A DNA stretch of 55,892 nt, taken from contig CAZDMD010000001.1 in assembly GCA_964506805.1 (NCBI GenBank), positions 1 to 55,892 on the forward strand, read 5' to 3'. Source of the DNA: an uncultured Vampirovibrionales bacterium. Lineage in GTDB: Bacteria; Cyanobacteriota; Vampirovibrionia; Vampirovibrionales; JAJTHC01. The notes beneath the pieces are model-generated. The model saw only the letters and a program-made list of their open reading frames with translations. It did not search any database and was not told where the DNA came from. Both the position numbers and the translations under genes were made by a program. Shown here in pieces: positions 1 to 8,547 of this stretch. Positions within the stretch are counted from its first letter, which is position 1, and every line of letters begins with the position of its first letter.

Positions 1-409
1 CAAGACAAAAGCCCAACGCTAAATGGTAAGGATCCGCAGGGGAAGAATATTTTTTTAGTAACGCTTCTTTCTTAATCACAGCACTAATCAATTTAAAAGA
101 AGAATTCTTTAGAACCTCGTTAATACGGTAGAAAAATGAGTCTCTCAACGAAGCAGAAGTACGCAAAATGCCGAATTGCCCTTCTTGCTTTCGCATTTCT
201 CGTTCATGAAAAATAACCCTATCATGCCCCCAGAAATCAAACTTCACCTGTTGAATGGCTGGCACAATAGCATGAATATAGTCTTGCTTTTTAATGACGC
301 ACAAGGTTAAGCAAAATACAGGAAACCTTGGGTTAATGGTTTCGTAGCTTAAATCGCCTGACTCATCAGCATAAATAATGTAATCGCTAAAAATAGGGCG
401 TGTTGTCAT
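1..409 (-). CDS. DUF3800-like protein, 3' end cut by the window edge
   Basis: Hand translation of the minus strand from ATG 409-407 gives MTTRPIFSDYIIYADESGDLSYETINPRFPVFCL..., open to position 1. The IYxDESG start is typical of DUF3800. Its ATG overlaps the hsdS stop (ATGA at 409-406). Confidence 0.55.
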   Translation of the reverse strand, partial: MTTRPIFSDYIIYADESGDLSYETINPRFPVFCLTLCVIKKQDYIHAIVPAIQQVKFDFWGHDRVIFHEREMRKQEGQFGILRTSASLRDSFFYRINEVLKNSSFKLISAVIKKEALLKKYSSPADPYHLALGFCL

Positions 410-1668
410 TGTGTTTCCCCTTCCCCACAATGACCCACCCGAACGCTACCCGACATGAGCTTGGGGAGCAACGCATCACGGAGGCGTTCCAGCGTTTGAA
501 TTTGCGAATAATTACTCTCTATTTTGGAATAAAAACTCTCAAGATGGAATGCCAACTTATCCACTATAGCCTTCTGCGGTACTTGCATTAGAATAGATTT
601 TAATCCACTTATTGTCAGTGCTGATTGGGTGCTACCTATTGTGATGCCATCCAGCTTTTCTTTCCCGTATTGAGAGTTTAACCAGCAATAAATTATCACA
701 CTAGGTATTATGTTAAAATCTTTAAACCAAGTTAAATTACCATCTTTGAAATAGAACGAGTCGTTTTCTTTGACTTTATAAGTTACGCCTAAAGTGCCTA
801 CAGAGGTTAGAAGAATATCTCCTTGCTGGGGAACGCCATATTTACTTTCAATATCTTTAAATCTTTCTATCGGAATAAATAATTCGCTATTGGTACTACC
901 TGTATTATGTAGCTCTATAATTTCTTTACTTCTATAAAAGGGAATACCTGTTGATACATATTCTTTGTAAAAAATCCTTTTACTGGAAGTAATTGTCATA
1001 AGTGATTCTAACGGCTTCTCCTCCCAATCAGGATTGGCTTCTTCTATAAACCACTGGCGAAACAGGGTTTCGGCTAGGGCTTCTAGGGTGCGGTTTTGGC
1101 GGTGTAACAGGTCAATTTTATCATCCAAACTGCTCAACACTTCGGCAATTGCCCGTTGTTCAGGTAGGGGGGGTAGGGTTAAAGCTATATTTTTCAAATC
1201 TCGAATAGGTAATTGTGGCTGTGCACTACCTGTACTGAAAGATTTTACTTGTTCTTGAAATAGAGACGACCTCAAAAACAAGTACAAAAAAGAGACTTCT
1301 ATTTCTTTTGGATTCGCTCTAAGGATAACCATTCCCGAGTTGATTCTAATATTTTCAAACGGTACTTTTTCATGAAAAAATGCAACGTTTCCTACAGTAC
1401 CTCTAGTAGTAAGAACCAAGTCATAGGGTTTTAGTTTTCCCTTCCTTAAAGTGCTATCTTTTTCTCTAGTTATGAATGAAGTATTTTGAAAATCAAACCC
1501 TTTAGAAGTTACATTTCCAGTATTTAAAAAAAGACAAAATTCCTTTTCAAAAAAATCGTCAGATTTTGGATAGTTTTTTCCTCTGTCTCCATCCAGTATT
1601 TCAAGAGAGGCATCTCCAAGCATGGTTTCTTGCCAATCGGTGGGGGTCATGCGGTTTGCCCTCCGCAT
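406..1668 (-). CDS. hsdS: Type I restriction-modification specificity subunit HsdS (two TRDs)
   Basis: Central conserved HsdS helix LPPLPEQRAIAEVLSSLDDKIDLLHRQNRTLEALAETLFRQWF and a C-terminal repeat of it (QIQTLERLRDALLPKLMSG). A second Met at 1650 (MTPTDWQE) overlaps the upstream ORF stop as ATGA and may be the real start. Confidence 0.9.
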   Translation of the reverse strand: MRRANRMTPTDWQETMLGDASLEILDGDRGKNYPKSDDFFEKEFCLFLNTGNVTSKGFDFQNTSFITREKDSTLRKGKLKPYDLVLTTRGTVGNVAFFHEKVPFENIRINSGMVILRANPKEIEVSFLYLFLRSSLFQEQVKSFSTGSAQPQLPIRDLKNIALTLPPLPEQRAIAEVLSSLDDKIDLLHRQNRTLEALAETLFRQWFIEEANPDWEEKPLESLMTITSSKRIFYKEYVSTGIPFYRSKEIIELHNTGSTNSELFIPIERFKDIESKYGVPQQGDILLTSVGTLGVTYKVKENDSFYFKDGNLTWFKDFNIIPSVIIYCWLNSQYGKEKLDGITIGSTQSALTISGLKSILMQVPQKAIVDKLAFHLESFYSKIESNYSQIQTLERLRDALLPKLMSGSVRVGHCGEGETQ

Positions 1669-2069
1669 AATTCGTCATTCTGAGCGTAGCGAAGAATCCC
1701 CTTATCTTGGACGGGAGATCCTTCGCTACACTCAGGATGACAGACTGCTTTTTGGGGAGATCCTTCGCTACACTCAGGATGACAGGGTGGCGATAAGTCT
1801 TGCCATTCAGGATTCATACTAGCAATAAGGCTATTTTTAAAAGCTCTTGTTTTACCTTTGATGTATTTTTCACGTTCAATGGCGGTTTGAATACTATTCC
1901 CAACTTCAAAGTAAACCAATTTGTTTAAATTATATTTAGCCGTAAATCCTTGTTTTACTTTATTTCTATGCTCATGTAACCGTTGTTCAAGGTTACTGGT
2001 AACACCAATGTATAACGTTGTATTGTGCTGATTCGTTAGAATATACACACTGGCTTGTTCCGTCATCAT
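1647..2069 (-). CDS. GIY-YIG nuclease-family protein with a C-terminal tail read through a repeat element
   Basis: N-terminus VYILTNQHNTTLYIGVTSNLEQRLHEHRN...YFE...AIEREKYIKGKTRAFK is a classic GIY-YIG (URI) domain. The last ~45 aa derive from the 1674-1785 repeat. Confidence 0.85.
   Translation of the reverse strand: MMTEQASVYILTNQHNTTLYIGVTSNLEQRLHEHRNKVKQGFTAKYNLNKLVYFEVGNSIQTAIEREKYIKGKTRAFKNSLIASMNPEWQDLSPPCHPECSEGSPQKAVCHPECSEGSPVQDKGILRYAQNDELCGGQTA
1674..1785. repeat. Hairpin-forming repeat: one left arm (1674-1698) and two tandem copies of the complementary arm (1715-1743, 1757-1785; 42-nt period)
   Basis: gtcattctgagcgtagcgaagaatc is the near reverse complement of gatccttcgctacactcaggatgac, which occurs twice. 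It translates to the CHPECSEGSP x2 and ILRYAQNDE tail of the GIY-YIG ORF. Confidence 0.75.
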
Positions 2070-2347
2070 GCTTGCTCCTGTTCCGTCCGCACCCCTCTAA
2101 TAACAAGGGCTTGTTCTAAGTGGTAGGTTTTTGCCTGCTTTTCTGCCGTCATATAGTCAGGCTGTTCATGGTTACCCAAATAATCCTCTGTATGAACATA
2201 TAAGGCTATTTCAATCGCTTCAAAGCGTAATTCATGGTTATAGCCCCCCTCGTAGCCTTCCAGCACCACAGGTAAATTTTGAGGCAGGGTTTGCAATTTT
2301 TTGATTAGTTCCGCAACCGTTAAAGCATTTTTCAAGATATTATTCAT
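2066..2347 (-). CDS. Hypothetical 93-aa protein embedded between hsdM and hsdS
   Basis: ORF with start and stop overlapping both neighbours (8-nt overlap with hsdM, ATGA with the GIY-YIG gene). No recognisable motif. Confidence 0.5.
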   Translation of the reverse strand: MNNILKNALTVAELIKKLQTLPQNLPVVLEGYEGGYNHELRFEAIEIALYVHTEDYLGNHEQPDYMTAEKQAKTYHLEQALVIRGVRTEQEQA

Positions 2348-3881
2348 TGGTTATTCCTCCACTGACTTGAACCTTGGCTAGGTTGGCTTTGATACGGTCG
2401 TTTAGCTGGGCTTCTTCCTGCATTTGTGCCATCAATTCGGCTTGCAAGCTGTTAAAGCGTTCTTCAAAATTAAAATCATCCTCGATGTCTTCCAAGCCTA
2501 CATACCGCCCTGGGGTTAGCACATAATCTCGTTCAGCAACTTCGGTAATGGTGGAAGATTTGCAAAAGCCTTTAATATCTTCGTAGCTGTTTCCTTCGCT
2601 TCGCCAATTATGATAAGTTTGTGCAATTCGTTGAATGTCTTCGTCGCTTAGCTCACGGGTGCGGCGGTTAATCAAGTGTCCAAGGTTTCGAGCATCGATA
2701 AAGAGCACTTCGTCTTGTCTATAGCTTTTGCCTCGGCGTAAAAACCACAACGAAGCAGGAATTTGCGTATTTAAAAAGAGTTTTGCGGGTAAATTGACAA
2801 CGCAATCCACCAAGCGAGCTTCGACCAAAGCCTTACGAATATCGCCTTCACCTGAAGATTTGGAAGTCAACGCCCCCTTTGCCATTACAAAGCCTGCAAG
2901 CCCGCCTGTTGGCTTCAGGTGATACAAGAAATGCTGAATCCAAGCATAGTTGGCGTTCCCACTGGGGGGCGTGCCAAACTGCCACCGTCCATCTGAACGC
3001 AATACATCCCCGCTCCAGTCGCTATCGTTAAAGGGTGGGTTGGCGATAATAAAATCCGCTTTTAAATCAGGGTGGGCATCCTTCAAAAATGACCCTTCAT
3101 TATTCCAACACACTTGGGAAGCATCAATCCCCCGAATGGCTAGGTTCATTTTGGCTAATCGCCATGTGGTTTGGTTGCTTTCTTGCCCGTAAATTGAAAT
3201 ATCCTGAATCCGCCCTTGATGCTCTTTTACAAAGGTTTCAGATTGAACAAACATCCCGCCTGAGCCACAGCAAGGGTCAAACACTCGCCCTTTATAGGGT
3301 TCTAGCATTTCTACCAATAACTGAACAACCGAACGGGGGGTGTAAAACTGCCCGCCTTTTTTACCTTCAGCTAAAGCAAATTCCCCTAAGAAGTATTCAA
3401 ACACTCGCCCTAATAAATCAGGGGTCGCTTTTTGAGCATGATTCACATCTAAATCACTAAATTTATCAATTAACCCGCCTAAATTAACAGGATCAATGTT
3501 CCCTTGAGCAAACACTTTCGGCAAAACGCCCTTCAAAGAAGGGTTCTCTCGTTCGATAACATCCATTGCTTCATCAATATATTTGCCGATGTTTGGATGT
3601 TTGGCATTACTCTTTAAAAAACCCCACCGTGCAGAAGGAGGCACAAAAAAGACGTTTTCTCCACTGTATTCGTCTTTATCTTCAGGGTCTGCTCCTGCAA
3701 GCTCCCCTTCGCCTGCTTTTAGTTCTTCATAACGCACCTCAAACGCATCTGAAATATATTTGAGAAAAATCAAGCCTAATACCACATACTTATATTGAGC
3801 GGCATCAATGTTTTTTCGTAAAGAATCGGCGGCTTCCCACAGTTTTTTTTCCATTGCGTTGTTTTCAATGATTTGTGCCAT
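2340..3881 (-). CDS. hsdM: Type I restriction-modification N6-adenine DNA methyltransferase HsdM
   Basis: N-terminal HsdM helical domain (LWEAADSLRKNIDAAQYKYVVLGLIFLKYISD), motif I VFDPCCGSGGMFV, motif IV IIANPPFN. Confidence 0.92.
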   Translation of the reverse strand: MAQIIENNAMEKKLWEAADSLRKNIDAAQYKYVVLGLIFLKYISDAFEVRYEELKAGEGELAGADPEDKDEYSGENVFFVPPSARWGFLKSNAKHPNIGKYIDEAMDVIERENPSLKGVLPKVFAQGNIDPVNLGGLIDKFSDLDVNHAQKATPDLLGRVFEYFLGEFALAEGKKGGQFYTPRSVVQLLVEMLEPYKGRVFDPCCGSGGMFVQSETFVKEHQGRIQDISIYGQESNQTTWRLAKMNLAIRGIDASQVCWNNEGSFLKDAHPDLKADFIIANPPFNDSDWSGDVLRSDGRWQFGTPPSGNANYAWIQHFLYHLKPTGGLAGFVMAKGALTSKSSGEGDIRKALVEARLVDCVVNLPAKLFLNTQIPASLWFLRRGKSYRQDEVLFIDARNLGHLINRRTRELSDEDIQRIAQTYHNWRSEGNSYEDIKGFCKSSTITEVAERDYVLTPGRYVGLEDIEDDFNFEERFNSLQAELMAQMQEEAQLNDRIKANLAKVQVSGGITNE

Positions 3882-4056
3882 GAAATAGAATCTTTCTAAG
3901 GGTTTTTAAGGATATTTACTCTATTTTACACTAAGTTAGTAAGATAAGAAATAGGAAAGTCCAAAGGTTGTCGAGAGCTAAGGAGAGGGTTCAAGAAAGA
4001 TCTGTTTTACAGCGGAAGACGCCATTGCTAGAATATAAGAAGAACCCCATACAATG

Positions 4057-4139
4057 TTAGGAGCTTCTAAAATGAGCCTACTCGCCTTTGTTTAGAAAAT
4101 TGCATCGGCTTTAAACTCAAAAGAAATGAAAGCCTTTGA
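4057..4139 (+). pseudogene. Dead 5' fragment (RBS + first codons, in-frame TAG) of the LuxR-type island gene whose intact copy starts at 43390
   Basis: 83 nt align without gaps to 43375-43457 with about 6 mismatches by eye. It reads aggagcttctaaaATGAGCCTACTCGCCTTTGTTTAG = MSLLAFV*. Similarity ends abruptly at 4140. Confidence 0.7.
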
Positions 4140-4203
4140 TGCCTTCTCGTTTTGTTGATGCTAAACTAGCTTTCATGCGTCAAATAAAGAAGGACAAGCC
4201 CCC

Positions 4204-6030
4204 ATGACACAAGCCATCGTTACCAATACAGATTATATTCAAGTGGGACAAAATCAAGGCATTATCAAGCTCCACACCGAAGGCGATCGAGAAAAAATCA
4301 CCTATCACGCCAAAGAAAGCAAAACCTACCACTACAAAGACCCCGAAGAAAAAGTAAGAGCCTCCTATTTCTGCGAGCTGGTGATGCTCTACGGATACGA
4401 CGCTAAGGACATTTCCCTTGAAGTTACCATGCCAGCACGCACCCCCAGCAACTTGGCGGATATTGTACTGTACACCAAAGACGGACACCCCTATTTAGTG
4501 GTAGAATGCAAGAAGGACAAAATCACCGATTCCGAGTTTAATCAAGCCGTCGAACAAGCCTTCGGCAACGCCAATAGTCTGCGAGCCAAGTTTACCGCCG
4601 TAGTGGCAGGCAATACACGTTCGTTTTATAACGTGGCGGATTATTCAGGAGCCGAGCGTGTTCATAACATTTTGGCGGATATTCCCAAGCATTACGGCAA
4701 GCCCCCCAAGTACAAGTTTAGTAAAGGCAACTTAGAGCCTAAAATCGTGAGCCGTGAAGAACTCATCGCCTCCCTTGAAAAATGCCACGACACCATTTGG
4801 CAAGGAGGCAAAGTCGCCCCCACCGTTGCCTTTGATGAAGTTTCGAAATTGTTGTTTTGTAAGCTGAAAGACGAAAAAGACACCAATTTTAAAGATGAAG
4901 TTTATAAGTTTCAAGTCGGTACGAATGAAACGCCTGAAAAAGTCGCCCAACGCATTAAGGAAATCTACATCGAAGCCAAAAAGCAAGATGCCGAAGTCTT
5001 TCAAGGCGATATACAGCTAGATGATGCCATTATTTTTCAAGTCGTGGAACACATTCAAGGGATTAACTTTGTCGGTACAGATTTAGACAGCAAGGGCGTT
5101 GCCTTTGAAAAGTTCTTAGGTGATTTTTTCAAGGGAAAAATGGGGCAGTACTTCACCCCACGAAAAGTGATTGAGTTTACCGTTAAAATGACGTTTGAAG
5201 CCATGGGGAAGGACATTCTTAAACGACCCAACAATTACAACGTGCTAGACCCTGCTTGTGGAAGCGGAGGCTTCTTGCTTTACGCCCTAGATGCCGTGCG
5301 AAAGTTCGCCGATACGAACTTTGACATAGGCTCTGCTCAATGGCATAAGCATTGGCACAGTTTCGCTGAAAAGAATTTGTACGGCATTGAAATTAACGAT
5401 CAAATCGCCCGAGTCTGTAAAATGAACATGATTATTCATGATGACGGACACACCAACGTCATTAGTCCCGACAAAACTCAAGGTTCATTAGGGAAAATGG
5501 CGGATATTACCCAGTATCACAAGGATTTTAAAGCCGATTACTTTGATATGGTACTCACCAACCCACCCTTTGGGGCGACCATTAAAGGCAGTGAAACAGG
5601 GGATTTATTGGAAAGCTACACACTAGGCAAAAGTAAGAAAAACCAAAAAACCGAGATTTTATTCATTGAACGGTGCATAGACTTCGTTAAACCGCAAGAC
5701 GGTTATTTAGCCCTTGTATTGCCCGACGGTATTTTAACCAACAGTAGCCTGCAATATGTGCGAGACTTCCTCATGGAACGATGCCAAATTTTGGCGGTGG
5801 TGTCGATTCCTCAATTTGCGTTTAGCCATTATGGGGCAGGCGTCAAATCAAGCGTGGTGTTTTTACGACGCAAAGGTGAAAATGAAACCTTAAAAGACTA
5901 CCCCATTTTTATGGCGATTGCCGAACGCATAGGCTACGACGCCACAGGTCGAGACGACGCCCACAACGACCTAGACGAGATATTTACGCAGTATTTGGCG
6001 TTTAAGGCGAACCCCGAAAATTTTATGTAA
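4204..6030 (+). CDS. Fusion of an HSDR_N-type PD-(D/E)xK domain with a gamma-class N6-adenine methyltransferase (BcgI-A-like / Type I-like M)
   Basis: N-terminus ADIVLYTKDGHPYLVVECKKD (D...ExK). Methylase motif I LDPACGSGGFL and motif IV VLTNPPFG. Confidence 0.85.
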   Translation: MTQAIVTNTDYIQVGQNQGIIKLHTEGDREKITYHAKESKTYHYKDPEEKVRASYFCELVMLYGYDAKDISLEVTMPARTPSNLADIVLYTKDGHPYLVVECKKDKITDSEFNQAVEQAFGNANSLRAKFTAVVAGNTRSFYNVADYSGAERVHNILADIPKHYGKPPKYKFSKGNLEPKIVSREELIASLEKCHDTIWQGGKVAPTVAFDEVSKLLFCKLKDEKDTNFKDEVYKFQVGTNETPEKVAQRIKEIYIEAKKQDAEVFQGDIQLDDAIIFQVVEHIQGINFVGTDLDSKGVAFEKFLGDFFKGKMGQYFTPRKVIEFTVKMTFEAMGKDILKRPNNYNVLDPACGSGGFLLYALDAVRKFADTNFDIGSAQWHKHWHSFAEKNLYGIEINDQIARVCKMNMIIHDDGHTNVISPDKTQGSLGKMADITQYHKDFKADYFDMVLTNPPFGATIKGSETGDLLESYTLGKSKKNQKTEILFIERCIDFVKPQDGYLALVLPDGILTNSSLQYVRDFLMERCQILAVVSIPQFAFSHYGAGVKSSVVFLRRKGENETLKDYPIFMAIAERIGYDATGRDDAHNDLDEIFTQYLAFKANPENFM

Positions 6031-6056
6031 GCCCTGATTGGGTAAACCGCATTTTT

Positions 6057-7430
6057 GTGGTCAATCAGGGCGAAATCGAAGGGCGTTTAGATGCGGATTT
6101 TTATTCAATCAATCTGTCTACAATAGCTTTGAAGACTAAGGATTTAGGAGAACTTATAGAATTTTCAAAAGAAACATGGAATCAAAAAGATTTATTTGAA
6201 AAAACATTCCCCTATATCGAAATTAGTGAAATTAACATCGAAACTGGATCACTTTCAGAAATAAAGGAAATTGAAATCAAAAACGCACCCAGCCGTGCTA
6301 AAATGCTTGTAAGAAATAATGATATTCTAGTTTCTACAACACGCCCAAATAGAGGAGCTATTGCTCATCTAAACTCATTAAATAGGGTTTCTGTCGCTTC
6401 AACTGGCTTTTCTATTTTGAGAGAAGTAATTGATGCTAGCATAAACAAATCTTTTCTTTTTCACATTTTGAGAAGTGATTTTTGTTTGTCGCAAATGTTA
6501 AAACATTCTAGCGGTGGTAATTATCCTGCAATTACACAAGAAGCCTTAAAGAAGATTCAAATCCCCGTCCCCCCAATGGAGGTGCAAGCCCACATCGTGG
6601 AGCTGATGCAAGACGCCCACGCCACCAAACAAAGCAAAGAAGCCGAAGCCACCGCCTTGCGTCAAAGTATTGACGGCTATGTGCTAGAACAACTCGGCAT
6701 TACCCTGCCCACCGTTGAAAAACGCTTGTGCTTTGGGGTGTCTAGTTCGCAGGTGCAAGGCTCTCGGTTGGATGGGGAGTATAATCAACAGCACAATCAG
6801 CATGTATCCCTCCAAAATCAAGAATACGAACCAGTCCCTCTTAAGCATTATTTAGATTTCTTTACTTCTGGTTCTCGTCCTAAAGGTGGAGTGTCTCAAT
6901 TTAGTGAAGGCATTCCAAGTATTGGAGGGGAGCATATTTTGGATACTGGAGAAATTGAAAGTACAAATCTAAAGTATATCCCTAAAGAATTTCATCAAAA
7001 AAATACAAAAAGTACCCTTTTTAAAAGGGATGTTTTGATTATTAAAGACGGAGCAACTACTGGTAAAGTAGGGATTTTACAAGAGGATTATCCTTACGAA
7101 GAAGTTAATATCAACGAACACGTTTTTTTATTGCGTGTTAAACCTGCATATAACCCTTATTTCTTGTTTAGTTTTTTAAGAACAGGTTTCGGACAAAATC
7201 AGCTCAAAAAAGAAATATCAGGTGGTACGATTACAGGCATTACAAAAAATGTTTTTGATGTTGTCCAAATCCCCCTCCCACCCCGACCGCTACAGGATGC
7301 GATCGCCGAAGAAGTCCAAGCCCGCTTGGCTCGTGCCAAGCAACTTGAAAGCGAAGCCAAGCTCGCCCTTGCCTCCGCCAAAGCCGAAGTCGAACGTCTG
7401 CTGTTTGGGGAAGCTAACCCCTCACCTTAA
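6057..7430 (+). CDS. Restriction-modification specificity (S) subunit, two TRDs, GTG start
   Basis: Two conserved S-subunit spacer helices: IQIPVPPMEVQAHIVELMQDAH... and VQIPLPPRPLQDAIAEEVQARLARAKQLE... It starts 27 nt after the methylase stop. Confidence 0.85.
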   Translation: MVNQGEIEGRLDADFYSINLSTIALKTKDLGELIEFSKETWNQKDLFEKTFPYIEISEINIETGSLSEIKEIEIKNAPSRAKMLVRNNDILVSTTRPNRGAIAHLNSLNRVSVASTGFSILREVIDASINKSFLFHILRSDFCLSQMLKHSSGGNYPAITQEALKKIQIPVPPMEVQAHIVELMQDAHATKQSKEAEATALRQSIDGYVLEQLGITLPTVEKRLCFGVSSSQVQGSRLDGEYNQQHNQHVSLQNQEYEPVPLKHYLDFFTSGSRPKGGVSQFSEGIPSIGGEHILDTGEIESTNLKYIPKEFHQKNTKSTLFKRDVLIIKDGATTGKVGILQEDYPYEEVNINEHVFLLRVKPAYNPYFLFSFLRTGFGQNQLKKEISGGTITGITKNVFDVVQIPLPPRPLQDAIAEEVQARLARAKQLESEAKLALASAKAEVERLLFGEANPSP

Positions 7431-7499
7431 ACACGGCGTTTCTTGAGCGTAAATCCTGCAAAGCCTTACTATGACTGGTTCTTCATAAAAAATGGTGGA
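7431..7499 (+). repeat. att-like direct repeat, distal copy, ending in tggtgga (complement of the tRNA-Ala 3' end TCCACCA)
   Basis: Ungapped alignment to 49804-49872: I count 59 of 69 identical positions. The shared block includes ccttactatgactggttctt and the terminal tggtgga. Confidence 0.7.
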
Positions 7500-7595
7500 A
7501 CATTGTAGACAAGTTCCGAACCTACTGTAGAGAAAACGGCGAGTGGTTGTCAATACTTTTAAAGCAAGTCGCCTAAAAAAACAGGAGTCCTTACC

Positions 7596-8186
7596 ATGCA
7601 AAAAGATGCCCTTGAAAAAGCGAAAGCCGATCTCGCTTCCCTTGACGAAGCGAGGAAAGCCAAGTTTAAACGCCTCGAACGGAACCACTTGGAACCCGTC
7701 AAGCTCAAGGTCGGGGAAGGAGGAAATATCGAGCTGAAGAATCCAAAAGCCAACATTGTGGATCATTACATTCAACTACTTGAAACCATTGGCGTGGCGG
7801 ATGATGATGTGCATCACTATGTGCTTACTCAACTGGTTGCGATTATGGGGGAAGACAACATGAATGCAGGGCTTGCCCTTTTAAGAGGTATCGCTCCACA
7901 AGATAGCACCGAAACCATGCTGGCATCTCAACTGGTGTGTGTGAATCATCTTGCGATAACGATGATGCGTCGTAGTCTAAATGAAAAATTACCTGCTGGT
8001 CATGTGGAATCCTTAATCAATCGTAGCACCAAGCTATTAAAGACTTTTACGACCCTAAACGATAGCTTGGTGAAGTATCGTAATCAAGGTAAGCAAGTGA
8101 TTCAAGTGCAACATTTTAATGTGGAAAATCACGGGCAAGCGATGATTGGCAATATCGGGGGAGGGGGAGTCCATGCGAAAACATGA
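7596..8186 (+). CDS. Hypothetical 196-aa protein
   Basis: Long ORF with no recognisable motif. It overlaps the next ORF by 14 nt. Confidence 0.5.
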   Translation: MQKDALEKAKADLASLDEARKAKFKRLERNHLEPVKLKVGEGGNIELKNPKANIVDHYIQLLETIGVADDDVHHYVLTQLVAIMGEDNMNAGLALLRGIAPQDSTETMLASQLVCVNHLAITMMRRSLNEKLPAGHVESLINRSTKLLKTFTTLNDSLVKYRNQGKQVIQVQHFNVENHGQAMIGNIGGGGVHAKT

Positions 8187-8460
8187 AGATCTACCCCTTG
8201 TCCAAACACTTCACCCTTTTAAGCAATGTGGAGCTACCAGTAAAAGAAGCGGTTTACCATGTGTGCAACCTGCGATGAAGAACGGTCGTTGTCGTTTTCA
8301 TGGGGGTAAATCTACAGGAGCAAAAACAGTGGAAGGTAAGCAAGCCCAAAGGCAAGGCAACTTCAAGCATGGCTATTATTCAATTGAGGCTAAACACGAA
8401 CGCCTGCAAGCCACGCTCTTGATGCAAGGTATCCACGAGGCAGTGGAGTTCAGTCCATAG
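8173..8460 (+). CDS. Small Cys-rich HGGxSTG-motif protein
   Basis: CGATSKRSGLPCVQPAMKNGRCRFHGGKSTGAKT. I chose ATG 8173 (MRKHEDL), in frame with the track ORF 8146-8460. Confidence 0.55.
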   Translation: MRKHEDLPLVQTLHPFKQCGATSKRSGLPCVQPAMKNGRCRFHGGKSTGAKTVEGKQAQRQGNFKHGYYSIEAKHERLQATLLMQGIHEAVEFSP

Positions 8461-8547
8461 TCTTGACAAATAAGGCGACATCGTTAATAATGAAGTTGAT
8501 AAGACCTCCCAAGGCTAGGCTTCGGCTCCTCAAACGGGGAGGTTACT

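Noticed and set aside
1622-1822. 66-aa plus-strand ORF (HSERSEESP...ILRYTQDDR x2)
   Set aside because: It is a translation of the palindromic repeat element itself and overlaps two supported minus-strand genes.
7422-7775. 117-aa minus-strand ORF (and 7543-7737, 7559-7756) across the att repeat
   Set aside because: These are mutually overlapping shadow ORFs antisense to the 196-aa gene and spanning the repeat junction, with no motif. I kept only the plus-strand 7596-8186 ORF.
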